Shown in pieces: positions 11,290 to 23,777 of a stretch of 40,325 nucleotides of DNA. The notes below the pieces were generated by a model, which did no database searches, had not been told where the DNA came from, and worked only from the letters and a program-made list of their open reading frames with translations. The stretch comes from Octopus bimaculoides. Lineage: Eukaryota. The DNA lies in assembly GCF_001194135.2 (NCBI RefSeq), contig NC_068987.1, positions 36,365,158 to 36,405,482 of the forward strand. Reading direction: 5' to 3'. Position 1 is the first letter of the stretch. Each line of letters starts with the position of its first letter. The translations under genes were made by a program, and so were the position numbers.

Positions 11290-11732
11290 AACAGTTGTAA
11301 ACATCCTGTCACTCTATGGCAGTACGATTGTCAGAATGTTTTGGCTGACCATGTCCATCCTACTTACAAACATTGTTTTCTGATGGTAGCGCAAACTTCC
11401 AAAACGATTATACGCCGATTCGTACGGATAATATTATTTAAAATTTTTTAAAGCGCTCAAAAGCGAAATAGCCCACTTAGTTTGGCCCAGAATCATCATA
11501 TTTCTTTGTAATTGAACATTTAGGTGTATTTCGGAGTAGTATGGAAGAAGCCGCTGCCTTCCCTCACATTGAGGAATCGCTCAAAATATCTCTTTCAATC
11601 GCTCAGGACTTGTACTAGTCAATTCCTCGGCGTATTAAATCTGTGATTGATACTGAATGTAGACCAATTTCCATGCACATAATATAACGTCTATCTATCA
11701 AGTTGCTTCCTATATTTTGTCCAGTCCCTCAC
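11290..11732 (+). mobile_element. Tc1-like (DD34E-type) transposase 3' fragment with putative right TIR
   Basis: NVLADHVHP..QTLFSDGSANFQNDYTPIRT (=FQDDNAPIH), AHLVWP, SIPRRIKSVID. The reverse complement of 11702-11730 (GAGGGACTGGACAAAATATAGGAAGC) resembles a Tc1 TIR. Confidence 0.7.
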
Positions 11733-12013
11733 CATATAGTCTTATATTATCTCACCATAGTACATTTATGACGAAGTTTGTTAAAATTCCACGACACCTA
11801 TTCTTAAACAGACATTCTGTATACCTAACTAAGCTTCATTCTGCTCTTGCATATTTTTTCGCCCTACCGTGTTCACTTCCTTCGTATCCGGCACCATTAG
11901 GATGACGTCATCCACATATGCTGACTAAACTCTCACGAAATCCAGCTACCCAGCTAAAACTGATGATGATAATATTAAAGATGAATGATGATGATGATTA
12001 TAATGATGTGGAA

Positions 12014-12107
12014 GGGAGGAGGAGGTGTGGGAGAGGGAGGAGGAGGTGTGGGAGAGGGAGGAGGAGGTGTGGGAGAGGGAGGAGGAGGTGTGGGAGAGGG
12101 AGGAGGA
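12014..12107. repeat. 21-bp G-rich minisatellite (GGGAGGAGGAGGTGTGGGAGA) x4.5
   Basis: Four identical units plus a partial one, embedded in degenerate (GAT)n. Confidence 0.95.
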
Positions 12108-12659
12108 AATAGGAGTAAGAGGAAGAGAATCATAAACATAATCATGATTATAATGATTATGAATATCATTATGACGATGATGAAACGTATTTCTGATGAC
12201 ATGTTGGTGATGATTGTAATGATGATGCCGATAGGGAAGGTGATGGTGGTAGTGACGGTAATGATGATGGTCGTGATGTTGATGGTTATTATGATGGTGG
12301 TGGTGATGGGTCGATAATGAAAGCATTATCGGCCGCACTGCTGCTATAAACCAACCTCAATAAAGATAGATTTTATTGGTTGGAGGTGTTCTCTACAGAG
12401 ATTTTGTTAAATGCTTTGCTATAAGACAACTTTTCTTAACGAATCTCTGCATGTTCACTCCGGCTCTGTCTTCTCCCAATCTCACCCAACCCCAACCCCC
12501 TCTTTCTCTCTCTCTGATCCTCATCTTTATATCTTGCTACTTCTCTCTTTTCTTCTCCCTTTCTTTCTTCTTCTCTCCCTCCCTCCCCCTCTCCACATAT
12601 ATTTCACTTTCATAGCCAGTTCAGTAACACATTTCGTCACGCAAAGAGTAAATTAAGCT

Positions 12660-13144
12660 GAATGGGAGTAGAGGGATTTCGTAGTGGCCTTGATGTTAAT
12701 GGGTGTAGTGATTGAGCTGGTGATGATGATGGTGGTGGTGGTAGTGTGGATTGGGTGGTAGTATTGATTGTAATTCTGTGGTGCAATCGTGATTTAGACA
12801 TTAGCGGTGGAGTATAGTTTGCGTTGTAGTATATATAGTGGTAGTGTAGTGTGTGTGTGTGTGTGTGTGTGGCAGTATTTTTGGTGTGGTGTTAATATGA
12901 TGTTTGTGTGGTAACATAAATGGTCTTAGTATGGCTTGAGGTAATTTTTGTATTTATAGCGTGAGATGGACGTGTGGTAGTATGAGTGGTAGTAGCGCGA
13001 TGTGTGTGCGCGTTGTACTAGTATATATGATATAGTAGTTATAATTCTTGGTTGTGATGCTATTACAGTAACTAACACTACTACTATTATTATTATTACT
13101 AACTTCTGATGTTGATGATCTAAGGTTATTATCACAAACACTAC

Positions 13145-13189
<45 letters not shown>

Positions 13190-13256
13190 CGGTTTTGATG
13201 TAGCTGTTGCTGGTGCTGGTGCGAATGTTGATGATGATGATGATGATGATAATGAC

Positions 13257-13294
<38 letters not shown>

Positions 13295-13307
13295 CGATGA
13301 TGATGAC

Positions 13308-13368
<61 letters not shown>

Positions 13369-13370
13369 GC
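12660..13370. repeat. Degenerate trinucleotide field with pure (TAG)n ~13146-13188 and (GAT)n ~13228-13367
   Basis: Directly visible. Confidence 0.9.
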
Positions 13371-13679
13371 GTCGGTGGTGGTCAGCACCGATTCAGCCCT
13401 GCTGAATTAAATACATGAACAAAATATTTCTGGCAGTAATAATCAAGCTTCTTTTTTGTGTGAAAATAGACAATGATTTCATTTGATTTAGCTGCTATAT
13501 TCAGCAAATTGAGCAGCCACGTGACTTTCTGTTGTTAGCTTCTTGTGTGTAGGCATTGAAAATGATGCTAGTATTGTTGTTGCCATTCTTTCCTGTGGTG
13601 GGGGCTTACATTTGATATCTGTAAATATTGTATCATAAAAGTGATGGTGGGCGTTGGTGGATGTAGATATAAAAAGCGA

Positions 13680-14130
13680 AGGAAGCGCAGACAGGGACAT
13701 AAAGCAAGACTCGTGAAGAGAGAGAGAGAGAGTGCGACAAACATAGAGACAGAGAGGGAAAGGGTGTATGAGAGAAGGAGACTGGCTGTGAGGAAAACAG
13801 AAAATGACCAACAATTACTGACATAGACGGAAAGCAAAAGAGGGGATGAAAGAGATACCAGAGCGAGAGATAGAGAGAAAAAGAGAGAGAAACAGACAGA
13901 GACAGAGCAAAATGAGCGAGAGTAATGCTTATAAAAACAATGAGGAGATACATTAATAAGTGCGATAGAGACATTAGAGAGACAAAAGAGGAAACATACA
14001 GACAAGGAGAATAAAGAGAGAGAGGGGGGAGAATGGCATTGATATAGAAAAGATTGCGAGAAGAATAAGAGAAAGAGAGACAAAGAGACATAGATGCAAG
14101 AGGGAAAGAACGAGAGGAAAAGATGTGTAA
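13680..14130. repeat. Degenerate AG-rich low-complexity tract
   Basis: Directly visible purine-rich strand bias. Confidence 0.8.
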
Positions 14131-14231
14131 GATGGTTGAAGGACATTATAAAGGTGACCAACGTGAAATGTAAGTGATCATTGTTTAATGGCAGACCGGA
14201 ACCTGCGGTATTGATCAGTTTCAGGATCGTA

Positions 14232-14268
<37 letters not shown>

Positions 14269-14848
14269 NNNNNNNNNNNNNNNNNNNNNNNNNNNNNNNN
14301 NNNNNNNNNNNNNNNNNNNNNNNNNNNNNNNNNNNNNNNNNNNNNNNNNNNNNNNNNNNNNNNNNNNNNNNNNNNNNNNNNNNNNNNNNNNNNNNNNNNN
14401 NNNNNNNNNNNNNNNNNNNNNNNNNNNNNNNNNNNNNNNNNNNNNNNNNNNNNNNNNNNNNNNNNNNNNNNNNNNNNNNNNNNNNNNNNNNNNNNNNNNN
14501 NNNNNNNNNNNNNNNNNNNNNNNNNNNNNNNNNNNNNNNNNNNNNNNNNNNNNNNNNNNNNNNNNNNNNNNNNNNNNNNNNNNNNNNNNNNNNNNNNNNN
14601 NNNNNNNNNNNNNNNNNNNNNNNNNNNNNNNNNNNNNNNNNNNNNNNNNNNNNNNNNNNNNNNNNNNNNNNNNNNNNNNNNNNNNNNNNNNNNNNNNNNN
14701 NNNNNNNNNNNNNNNNNNNNNNNNNNNNNNNNNNNNNNNNNNNNNNNNNNNNNNNNNNNNNNNNNNNNNNNNNNNNNNNNNNNNNNNNNNNNNNNNNNNN
14801 NNNNNNNNNNNNNNNNNNNNNNNNNNNNNNNNNNNNNNNNNNNNNNNN
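14269..14848. other. Assembly gap (N run)
   Basis: N run between (GT)n and (AT)n. Confidence 0.99.
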
Positions 14849-16994
14849 ATATATATATATATATATATATATATTGTTATAATTATGTACACATGCATGT
14901 ATATATGTTTGTGGTGGGAGTGTTTATGTGTTCGTAAGGGAAAATGTAGCTTGGTTTGCCGACAAAAATATGTACGTGAATGAAAAAGCGTGCAATGCAA
15001 ACACGTCCTATCCTTCGTAAGGTGTCAAACAAATATTGTTAAAATTCCTCGCACATTTGACAATATTGCTCAATTTGGCAATATGAGCAGCGTAAGTTAC
15101 TGACTTATGGACGAGTGGATGCGATAGATGAACATGCACACAGCAATGTGAGGCAAGGACGGTGGCAGAGAAAATTAAGTTCTCTCCACTGAACGGTAAA
15201 TAAATGTATTGTAAAGGGTACGAGGGGGGAAAAAAAGCGAAACAGCACATGTATATAAGGGAAGCTGTGGGTTGTAATGATTTCAGCTTTGATTTTAAGA
15301 CCGTTTTCAAACCATCACACCTAGAAAAGACCCGAATGTTTGCAACAGAATGTGCAGTGACATATGAGTTGGGTAGTTTTTAAATGCATCCTAAGTTTAA
15401 ATTTATTACCCGGAAGGTAAAGGTTCACCAGTAGTGTGCCAAAAGAAGAAAACAAATGCATCTTTATAGTAATGTGGCAATTACAGAAAGTCTAATTCCG
15501 TCCCAAAATTAATACATATCTAATCAGCAATAAATAGAAGAATTTGGCTGGGTGATGATAAAAATGCGTATGCATTTAGAATGTAGCTTTGTTATAGTAT
15601 TTAGGCTGTGGTAAGGATTACGCCGCGTGTGTCAATATACCTGTGTCGATGACCCAGACAAGTGTCCAACTGCATATATTGATATTTTGTCCCAGGAACA
15701 CACGTAGTGCCAAGGGCTAGATAGAACCTTTCTAACACTAAATGAAATTTACTATAAAATTGCCACTCATAAATTTGCACTTCTATCTAATTTAGAGTAT
15801 CCAATGTATAAGATGTGTGAAATTATAAGTGCATCTATTGTATATTTTACTACTCTGTTTAATAAAATAGACTCATATTTATTCATTTTAAAGCTTCCAT
15901 ATATTAAATCTATATCTAATTTCACATTATTATGTTACCACAAATAATATCTTTCACCTATAGTGTGACCTTTGTGCAAACAAGATTTTCTCTTCGATTT
16001 TCTTAATCTCATCATTCATCTCAGAATTTTACTATGGCGCCATCTGTAAATGGTTAACTATTATAGTATTTTATTTTATTTTTATAATTGTCCCCGATAA
16101 GCGTATATCTACTTTTATTTTTGGTTATATTTTGGCCAGCATTTCCGTTTTGGAAGAATGTAGAAAGCGTAAATAATACGATGTTATTATATAAATTTCT
16201 TCTCCAGTAATTGCTTCTCACAGAGCAGCAAATTGACCTCAGATCAACAAAGGAGACCGGTTTGTATCATGGTTCCAGGAAACGCAGTATGCATTGGCTT
16301 CGTCTTGGAATAAAACATCAAAAATAGATTATCTATGTTGCTAACTTAGGTTCTTAACATTGTGGAACACGTTGCTAAATGAATACAAACCATCTATCGG
16401 AATTGATGTAATAACATTTGGAAAGTTTCCATCATCGAACCTTTTACTTGGGCTTATTTAATTCAAAATAGAAAAAGGATTTTCTAAAACGAAAAATGCA
16501 AAGGAAAGAATAAATAAAATATAAAATTGCAAAAATTAGAAACTAATATGAAAACAAAATATAAGATAAAGATTAAAAAAAAATTACTTCAATTTCCTTA
16601 CACATTTAATTGGTTCCTGATATCGGACAGTATATTTCTGTATAGAACAGGGACATTATATTTCTTAGTTTTCAGATCGACAGAAGAAAATCACTTTTTC
16701 TCCAAGTAAAAGGAAATAAAATCTCAAAATAGGCTGTCTTATAGATTAGAAATACAACGTAGAACTGCGAAAAATTATGTTTGTTTACAATAAATAAAAA
16801 ATAGGCATGCATACATTTAGTCATATATACATGCATATACACACTCATACATACATGTATACATACATGCATAGATACATACAAACATACATACGTACGT
16901 ACAGTATGTTCTTGTATGCATCTATGCATGTGTGTATATGTGTGCGTGCGTGTGTATGTGTGTGAGTGAGTGTTTGTGTGAAATAGCTATCCAG

Positions 16995-17825
16995 ATTATT
17001 GCCATAGTAACAAGGCTAAAGCAGGTAGAGTGAAGCCGCTTGGCACTGATTAATCGTTTTAACGTTCTGGCTCACTTCCATTGTTTACAGCAGTCCTTGG
17101 AAGGAAAGTGTGTAGCATGTGATCGTCACATTGACCATGACAGACAAAATTGTAATGGCGATACCTGCTCAGAGGCCCACGCAACGTTGCAGAAAGTGTA
17201 TGAAGAGGAGTATATGAGCCGCGCACAGGTGTACGTGTGGTTCAGACGTTTCCAAGATGACTGACAAAATGTCGATAGTGATGAACGTTTTGGGTGTCCC
17301 GCAACCAGCAGAACTGAGAAAAACATTGCAGATGTGCATGCAACTGTGAGGGGAAACTGTTGAATTACCATCCGTGAGTTATCAGAGGATGTACAGATTA
17401 GCTACGGCTTATTTCAGTCCATTTTCACTCAAGATTTGGCTATGAGATGCGTGACTGTCAAGATTGTGCCAAAATTACTTTCAGCTCAATAAAAAGACAG
17501 TCGGGTTTCAGTTGCACAAAATCTCTTTGTGCCGAGAACAATGAAAACTTTTTGAAAAATTTTGCGTAAGCCTCTGAGTAGGTATCGCCAATCTTTTGGC
17601 AAAATTTGATGCAGATTCTCTACTCAACTTTCTCTGTTAGGGTCAATGCAACGACCACACGATACACACCACCCCTCCAAACACTGATGTAAACAGCAGA
17701 ACGCTAAAACTTAATGCGCATGCACAGCAGAGTTCAAGGTCAATCTGTGCGAAGCGGCTTCACTCTGTGTGCTTTAGTTTCCTGACTATAGCAACAGCTC
17801 GTATACTTATTGATCAGACCACGTA
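16995..17825 (+). mobile_element. Mariner derivative lacking the catalytic domain, bounded by two inverted 5' ends
   Basis: ATG at 17137, then GDTCSEAHATLQKVYEEEYMSRAQVYVWFRRFQD..ITIRELSEDVQISYG..KIVPKLL..ENFLKN (mariner HTH and WVPxxL-like motif). 17560-17823 is an inverted copy of the 5' end, terminating in TA at 17824-17825. Confidence 0.85.
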
Positions 17826-17991
17826 TATGTACATACATACATATGCGTATATGTGTGTGTGTGCGTGTGTGTGTGTGCATGCGTGCACGAGTATGTGTAT
17901 ATATGTGTGTGTGTGTGTGTGAGTGTGTAAAGATAGAGAGAGAGACAGACAGACAGAGATAGGTAGAGAGAGATAAATACTCATTATTAAT

Positions 17992-18290
17992 GTGGAGGTG
18001 AAAGGATCACTGGTTGAAGCATCGGGCTTACAATCGTGTGGTTGTGAGCTCGATTCGCGCACTGGGCTGTGTGCTGTGTTCTTAAGCAAGACACTTCATT
18101 TTACGACGCCCCACCGGTAGAAATGAGTTGCGACAGTGCTGTTGGTAAGCTGTATAGGCATTTGCCTTTGCCTTGAACGACATCAAAGGCATGGAGATGG
18201 CCTTCCACAAACAATCTTACCTGGACTTGTGCTTCGGAGGGGAAATTTCTTGGTGCAATACCATATCTCTTCATGAACGAAGAGGGTATT
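17992..18290 (+). mobile_element. tRNA-derived SINE related to the 10428 copy
   Basis: tRNA-like head (GTGAGCTCGATTCGC) followed by GTGTTCTTAAGCAAGACACTTCATTTTAC. Confidence 0.6.
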
Positions 18291-18386
18291 TACCTATTTA
18301 TGTTATTAGTATTTAGCAGGAATAATAGAGTGACTCAAACGCCGAGGGTCTCCTACTTTAGCATGCATTACCTATGTATGCTCATA

Positions 18387-19160
18387 TACAGGCTGAATAA
18401 ACTGTCGTCTAAATTACGCAAAAATGGAAATAACGGTGACACCTCATTTTAACAGATATATTTACCATAATTACATAAATATATCTTAAAACACTAAATA
18501 GTAGATTTATTAAATAAAATCGCTATTGGTTTCAACCACGGCCTCCAGACGACTTCGGAATCTCCTGCAAATCTTCTGGACAGTATCCTTGTTTAAGTTG
18601 GTGAATGCTGCCATAATCCTTGCCTTCAGCTCATCTTTGGTGTTACAAGGAGTTTTGTTGGTCTCTTGCTCAACTGCACCCCCACACATGATAGTGGGTT
18701 GCAGGCTGAGGAGTTAGGTAGCTAGATGTTAGGGGTGATGTGGTCACAAAAATTGTCTGCCAGCCCTTACTAGGTTCTCCTGCTTGTGTGGCACGGTGCA
18801 AAATTTTGTTGCCAGATATAGGGTCTTCCAGCAGCCACCCTCTTGAACCAGGGCAGCACTATATCCTTCAAGCCCTTGATGTAGGGGCATCAGTTTTGAA
18901 TCTGAAGACGTGCGAGAAAATGAATGTAGGCATAACAGCATCATCACTTAGTGATCACTCGAAATACCATGATGTTGACTGAATATTTGATTTTTATCAC
19001 TCTCGATACATGTCCTAAGGCTGCACTGTCCTCAGTTTGCACAGTTCTCAGGTTGACACCCAGACACCTATATTAGACAATTGGTACAGCATGTCGTTTC
19101 CAAATTTCTGGCAGAGTGGATTGCGTCATTGAGCTGTTTTTCTCACAGACAGTGCCCAAG
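18387..19160 (-). mobile_element. Tc1/mariner (DD37D maT-like) internally deleted copy 2
   Basis: ATG at 19129 (MTQSTLPEIWKRHAV..GVNLRTVQ), then a deletion, then VNIMVF..RPYIWQQNFAPCHTSRRT..NFCDHITPNI..CNPL..PCNTKDELKARIMAAFTNLNK..RRFRSRLEAVVETNSDFI. There are 37 residues between the second and third catalytic positions. Terminus TA-CAGG at ~18387. Confidence 0.85.
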
Positions 19161-20099
19161 CACACACACACAAACACAGCCACGCAAATACATACATATA
19201 CCCACATATATTATATATATCATATTGAATACAGTTTAAACTTAGAAATGATATAAGTTTTATGTTTAAAACTAAAATTAAAACATGTTTACATTTCTTA
19301 AGCAGACATCTTGAACGTAGAAACGTCATTATTCTCATTCGTTATCGAATATTAAAAAGGTGCAATGTATTTGTATAGGAAAGAAAATTTATTTAAATCA
19401 AGCTAATATTTGCCGTTCACTCCTAATTTACAAGTCACTTCAGGATAATTATAAATACATTCATAATGTGATGATACAGGTATACATACGCACACTGCCA
19501 CCTAAATAAGTGGAGGGTATTTTGATATTCTCCAATCTACTGCTACGTATTTTATGGACCCGAAGCATGAATATAAAATTCAGGCATATTATTGGTAGAA
19601 GAGAGGATTCAAAACGTTACTAGATATAATTAAGTAATGCGATCCATCCCCCCCCCCCGGCTGTACCGATTCTGCTAATCGACAATCCACACGAGTTAAA
19701 ACTCTAGAAAGAATTTAATATATTATTGTAAGATAGATATGTTTACCTCAATTTTATACACAGGACACGGTCAAGAATGTTTACAGCACTATACTGAATT
19801 GCATCTGAGATCAGAATTCAGGATAATATAAAAACAAAGGAAAGTTCGGATTTACATTAACACGTAACCAACCAAATACATGATACTGAAGAGTTGTGAT
19901 AGGTGACCACGAACTCTGATCACCGACCAAATGTCCTTCAACTTTGTAGAAATCGAACTTCTGAATTAGCCGCTTTGTGAATAACTGAAAAGTATTAATG
20001 GCTCATTCTACTGATAACATTCTAGATAACTAAACTAACCAGAGCCCTAGCCACGCCAGGTTCCTTACCTACAATTGCTGTGATGTGGGATGTGTGCTG

Positions 20100-21800
20100 G
20101 GCGTTTCAAGGAAAATGACTGAAGAAGTCCAGCTACACTGCCTCAGTCAGGGCATATAAGGCATCTAGTCTGAAGGCACAACCATCATTACCGTTCACGT
20201 CTAGAGAGACTGACATGTTTCGCTCTATTGGTGGCCTCACTAATTTCATATCCTCCAAGATTTTGTTGTCCTATTATTGAAAACCTCTATCTCCATTTCT
20301 ATTTTGTTGGTGCTATGAAAGAGAGCAGTTCGTTATTTTTTCTTCTTTGAAGCACAAATTGGATAAGGGTCAATTTTTTGTTTGTTTTTGTGTGTGTGCG
20401 TGTGTTTTGTAGTTTTATGTTTACTTGGTGGTCGTCTTGCTTGATGTTGAATCTGTGTTTGTCTCCTGTTGTTTTCTCTTGAGTGTCTGTTGTTACATAT
20501 GCACATTTTCTTTTTCTTGATGATAGTGATGGTGTTAGCGATGGAGTATTTGTTGTTTTTGCTCGTTTAGTGCTGTCGAGAAGTGATGTGGAGTTGGTGT
20601 CTTGTGTGTTTTGTCACTTTATATTTTCGTTTTTCTCAGTTCTTTTGTTTGTTTCTTCTTTCTTTACCCTCTTTCCTCATCACCCGAGATATAATCAAAA
20701 TTCCCTGCTTCAGACGAGGGCAGGGGTATGTTTACGTTTTTGTGTACGTCCATATTCCTACATGTAGCAGGGAAAAAAAACAGCGCAAGGGCAGTGCAGG
20801 GAGGGGATATATATTTGGTGGCGATTATATCTGCATAGTCGTTAATTTTCGCCACCTCATTTGCTAAACTTCATGGATCGAAGTTGGTGCTCTTGTTGTT
20901 GCTGTATCCAATGTCTGTTGCGGTTGTAAATGTCATCTTCATTATTGTTGTTGTCGTTTCTGTTGTTGTGGTTGCAGCTATAGTTAGTGTTGGTCAAGAT
21001 GTGTGATTGTAGCTCTATTTCTATTTTTTGTTTTGTCTTCTTTGTTTTTTTTTGTTTTTTTTTTTGCTGCTGCTTTTGTTGTCGCCCAATGGATTGCTGT
21101 TGCAGCGACAGCATATACTATGGAATGTAAGCAAAGTATATACATCACAGGGTAAAAAACAAAAATCAATCCATTCTCCAGTTTTCTTACTGTTACTCGC
21201 ATTCTGCCACCGAAGAGTTTAGCAGCATATAGTTACTCATAAAGTACATACTCTTGAACGCAGCTAAACAGGTTATGTCTTCAATATCTTATTATTTTTC
21301 GTCAGTGCATGTGCTGCTGTTATGCAATTAAACCGGCTGTTTTAATTGTGTCTGCATCTCTATACACTTTCAATTGTTATAAGCTGTCAATATCTACGCT
21401 TAGAGAAGTGTATCCTTTTCTGAAGATCTAACCAGAAACTACTCAGATTATGCAACGTTCCTGATAATTAAGCTGCTGTAAGAAGTGACTGTATTTCTTT
21501 TTTTAACATCTTACAATGAGATCCAGCTTGTAATTTTCCTGCAGAATTCATGATCAGGGACCCTTCAATACTTTTAACTAAACCATATGAAATTATTTAC
21601 TACAGTCTATATTTGGAATGAGTGCAGATATTGAATGCATCGATTTTGTATCTCAAGCATTCTGGGACTATGATAATTGTAATCTAAATGGAGTGTATCG
21701 AATCGATTTTATTCTTCTTCCTACCAATGTAAAAATCAATATGAAATTTAGACAATAAGGATCTACAAATTACTATGATTTACATATTTCCTAATAAATT
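20100..21800 (-). mobile_element. L1/Tx1-like LINE 5' portion (decayed ORF1 plus start of the endonuclease)
   Basis: Frameshifted CCHC-like knuckle C.RCNSN.HWAT at 21081-21113, then a T/N/Q-rich low-complexity region, then LDVNGNDGCAFRLDALYALTEAV*LDFF at 20106-20205 (decayed F.lvavYAP...FF motif of APE). The 5' boundary is uncertain. Confidence 0.55.
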
Positions 21801-22072
21801 CAAAGTTATTACAAATTTGTGAAGATTCAAGAAAACAAAATTATATACAACTGGTTTTATAATTTAGAACTAACCTGACATCAGCATCATCGTCAAATGT
21901 ATTACAAATGAAATGAAGTGTAATTCTTCTTTATTGTTCTAGGATTTTAGGTACTGGCGATAAAGGAGTCAGAGATAGCTCTGGAGATATTCAAGTGACC
22001 TCACGCAAGTCTGGAATTACGCCAGTCGAAAGGATGCTAATCGTAATACTTTCGCTTCCGGTCCTCTCACAG

Positions 22073-22122
22073 TTGTGTTATTCTGAGAGGCGGAAAGAGA
22101 GCATTACGCACCAAGCTGGTCC
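22073..22122 (+). other. Candidate 50-nt exon
   Basis: CTAAT branch site 22037-22041, pyrimidine tract, CAG acceptor and GTGAGT donor. Two frames are open (LCYSERRKESITHQAGP / CVILRGGKRALRTKLV). No protein recognised. Confidence 0.3.
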
Positions 22123-22354
22123 GTGAGTAGGACGGTGAAGACGGGAAGGAAGTAAAGAAGAAACATTGAGGAATAATTTCAATGCACAAAGATGGAAGGA
22201 GGAATTCATAAAGTGTGAATGTACTATTGAAGATAAAAATATTTTCATTTGACAACATCGAGAACACTTAAGTGGATGTAGACGAAAAGACACAAGAGTG
22301 AAATAATGATGTACGATCAATAAATGACGACATGACAGACACATACAGCTAGAA

Positions 22355-22362
22355 AGATATAG

Positions 22363-22438
<76 letters not shown>

Positions 22439-22535
22439 GGATAGATAGATAGATAGATAGATTAGATAGATACTGAAGTACAGAAGATAGGTATTTATGT
22501 AGGTAGGGAGGGAGAGAGAGAGAGAGAGAGAGAAA
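22355..22535. repeat. (AGAT)n and (AG)n microsatellites
   Basis: Directly visible. Confidence 0.95.
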
Positions 22536-23089
22536 GAGACAAATACATCGAAGTCAGACAAGACAGATAGATGCACTGGTGGAAAGGAAGAAAGAATAAA
22601 TATATCATTGGCTAATTGCCCATGAAATAAGGAAATCTGTGGAGAAATCTGAAAGTTAAGAAGAAACCAGAACTCTAAAACGATTTTAAATAAATCTTAG
22701 TTTTAAGGTCGCATACATTTTACTGTACGACAGGCAGATGGTAATCTCTGGAGGTCGATAGCTAGAGTTCCTCGAAGGAGGATAACACTGTATTTTGCTG
22801 ATCGTTTATATAGTTAAACGTCATAATTGAAATACTACTACATTTCGCTTTCATTAAATTTGTGGCATAATTAATTCACTAATTGCTGGAATGTTATTTT
22901 TACTGAGTATTTCCAAAGAGGAATTTGATGGGCAGCTATTATGTGTAGGAGTAACATCTGTGTAGATGAATCAAGAGACGCAGCAAAAGCTATTCGCAGC
23001 ACAATCGTCCATTCGCTACAGAAATATCAGGTATCTTTTATTCAATATAATCTTCCCTAATTCCGATCCGTCAAAGATAAATTACCCTT

Positions 23090-23220
23090 TTTATTCTTTT
23101 ATACATTTCCGCCCTTAAGCTGTGAGTATGCTGGAGTACTGCCAGTGAAAATATTAACCGACCACAACGAGACTCAAATTCGCAATCTTCCGATTCGAAG
23201 TCACACGAATTCTCCATTAA
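23090..23220 (-). pseudogene. tRNA-Arg(UCG)-like pseudogene / mini-SINE with the shared SINE 3' tail
   Basis: - strand TAATGGAGAATTCGTGTGACTTCGAATCGGAAGATTGCGAATTTGAGTCTCGTTGTGGTCG aligns by eye with eukaryotic tRNA-Arg-TCG (anticodon at 23196-23198). The 5' acceptor strand is absent and the B box is mutated. It is followed by GGCAGTACTCCAGCAT..AAAAGAATA, resembling the SINE tail. Confidence 0.65.
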
Positions 23221-23777
23221 TCATTTCTTATTATACATTTCTGAGAGATAAATTTCTCATTCTCTTCATGTATCGCATTCCTGGAGTTCATTATATTCTC
23301 TATATTCTCTATATACTCTAACACAGTTTCAGTTTCTTAGCGTACCGTTAACACTGAAACATCTCAGAATTTACAACTAATTAAACTGTCACTTCCGCTA
23401 CTGGGTTCCAGCAGCCATTCAGAAGAAACCAGTCACTAGCACCATGTGAAGCCAGTAAGAAAAATTTGTGGACTTGCAGAACTGATATGGAAGTTTATCC
23501 TCAAATATTTCAATGTATTTTTCTTTCTTTAACAGTATGCAAACATCGCTCTATATAACCGGTGAAACCGGTAGCTTATTTTCAGAAAATCTGAATATTT
23601 TCTTTCTTTTATCTTTGATAAAGACTAGGAATCATTTTCTTATTTTTGCTTCTTAATACATATATGTATGTACGTCATTATTCAGTTTATTTCAAGATTT
23701 CTTGCCAATGGAGAAAGAACCGGTTTCTAACCTAGATCCAATGCTCCTTCATTGGAAAATTCAATATCAACAACAGG

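Noticed and set aside
15215-15370. TACGAGGGGG.AAAAAAG resembling a mariner TIR
   Set aside because: No partner end or transposase residues were found.
15641-15716. - strand 76-nt exon-like segment (TAG acceptor, GTATAT donor, all three frames open)
   Set aside because: Weak donor and tract, no recognisable peptide, and opposite strand to the other candidates. Worth a glance only if RNA-seq is available.
16239-16303. - strand peptide DEANAYCVSWNHDTNRSPLLI, vaguely WD40/EED-like
   Set aside because: An in-frame TGA precedes any plausible donor, and the similarity is too short to trust.
23159-23220. Functional tRNA-Arg gene
   Set aside because: The 5' acceptor strand is missing, the anticodon stem is mispaired and the B box is mutated, so it is reported as a pseudogene/SINE head instead.
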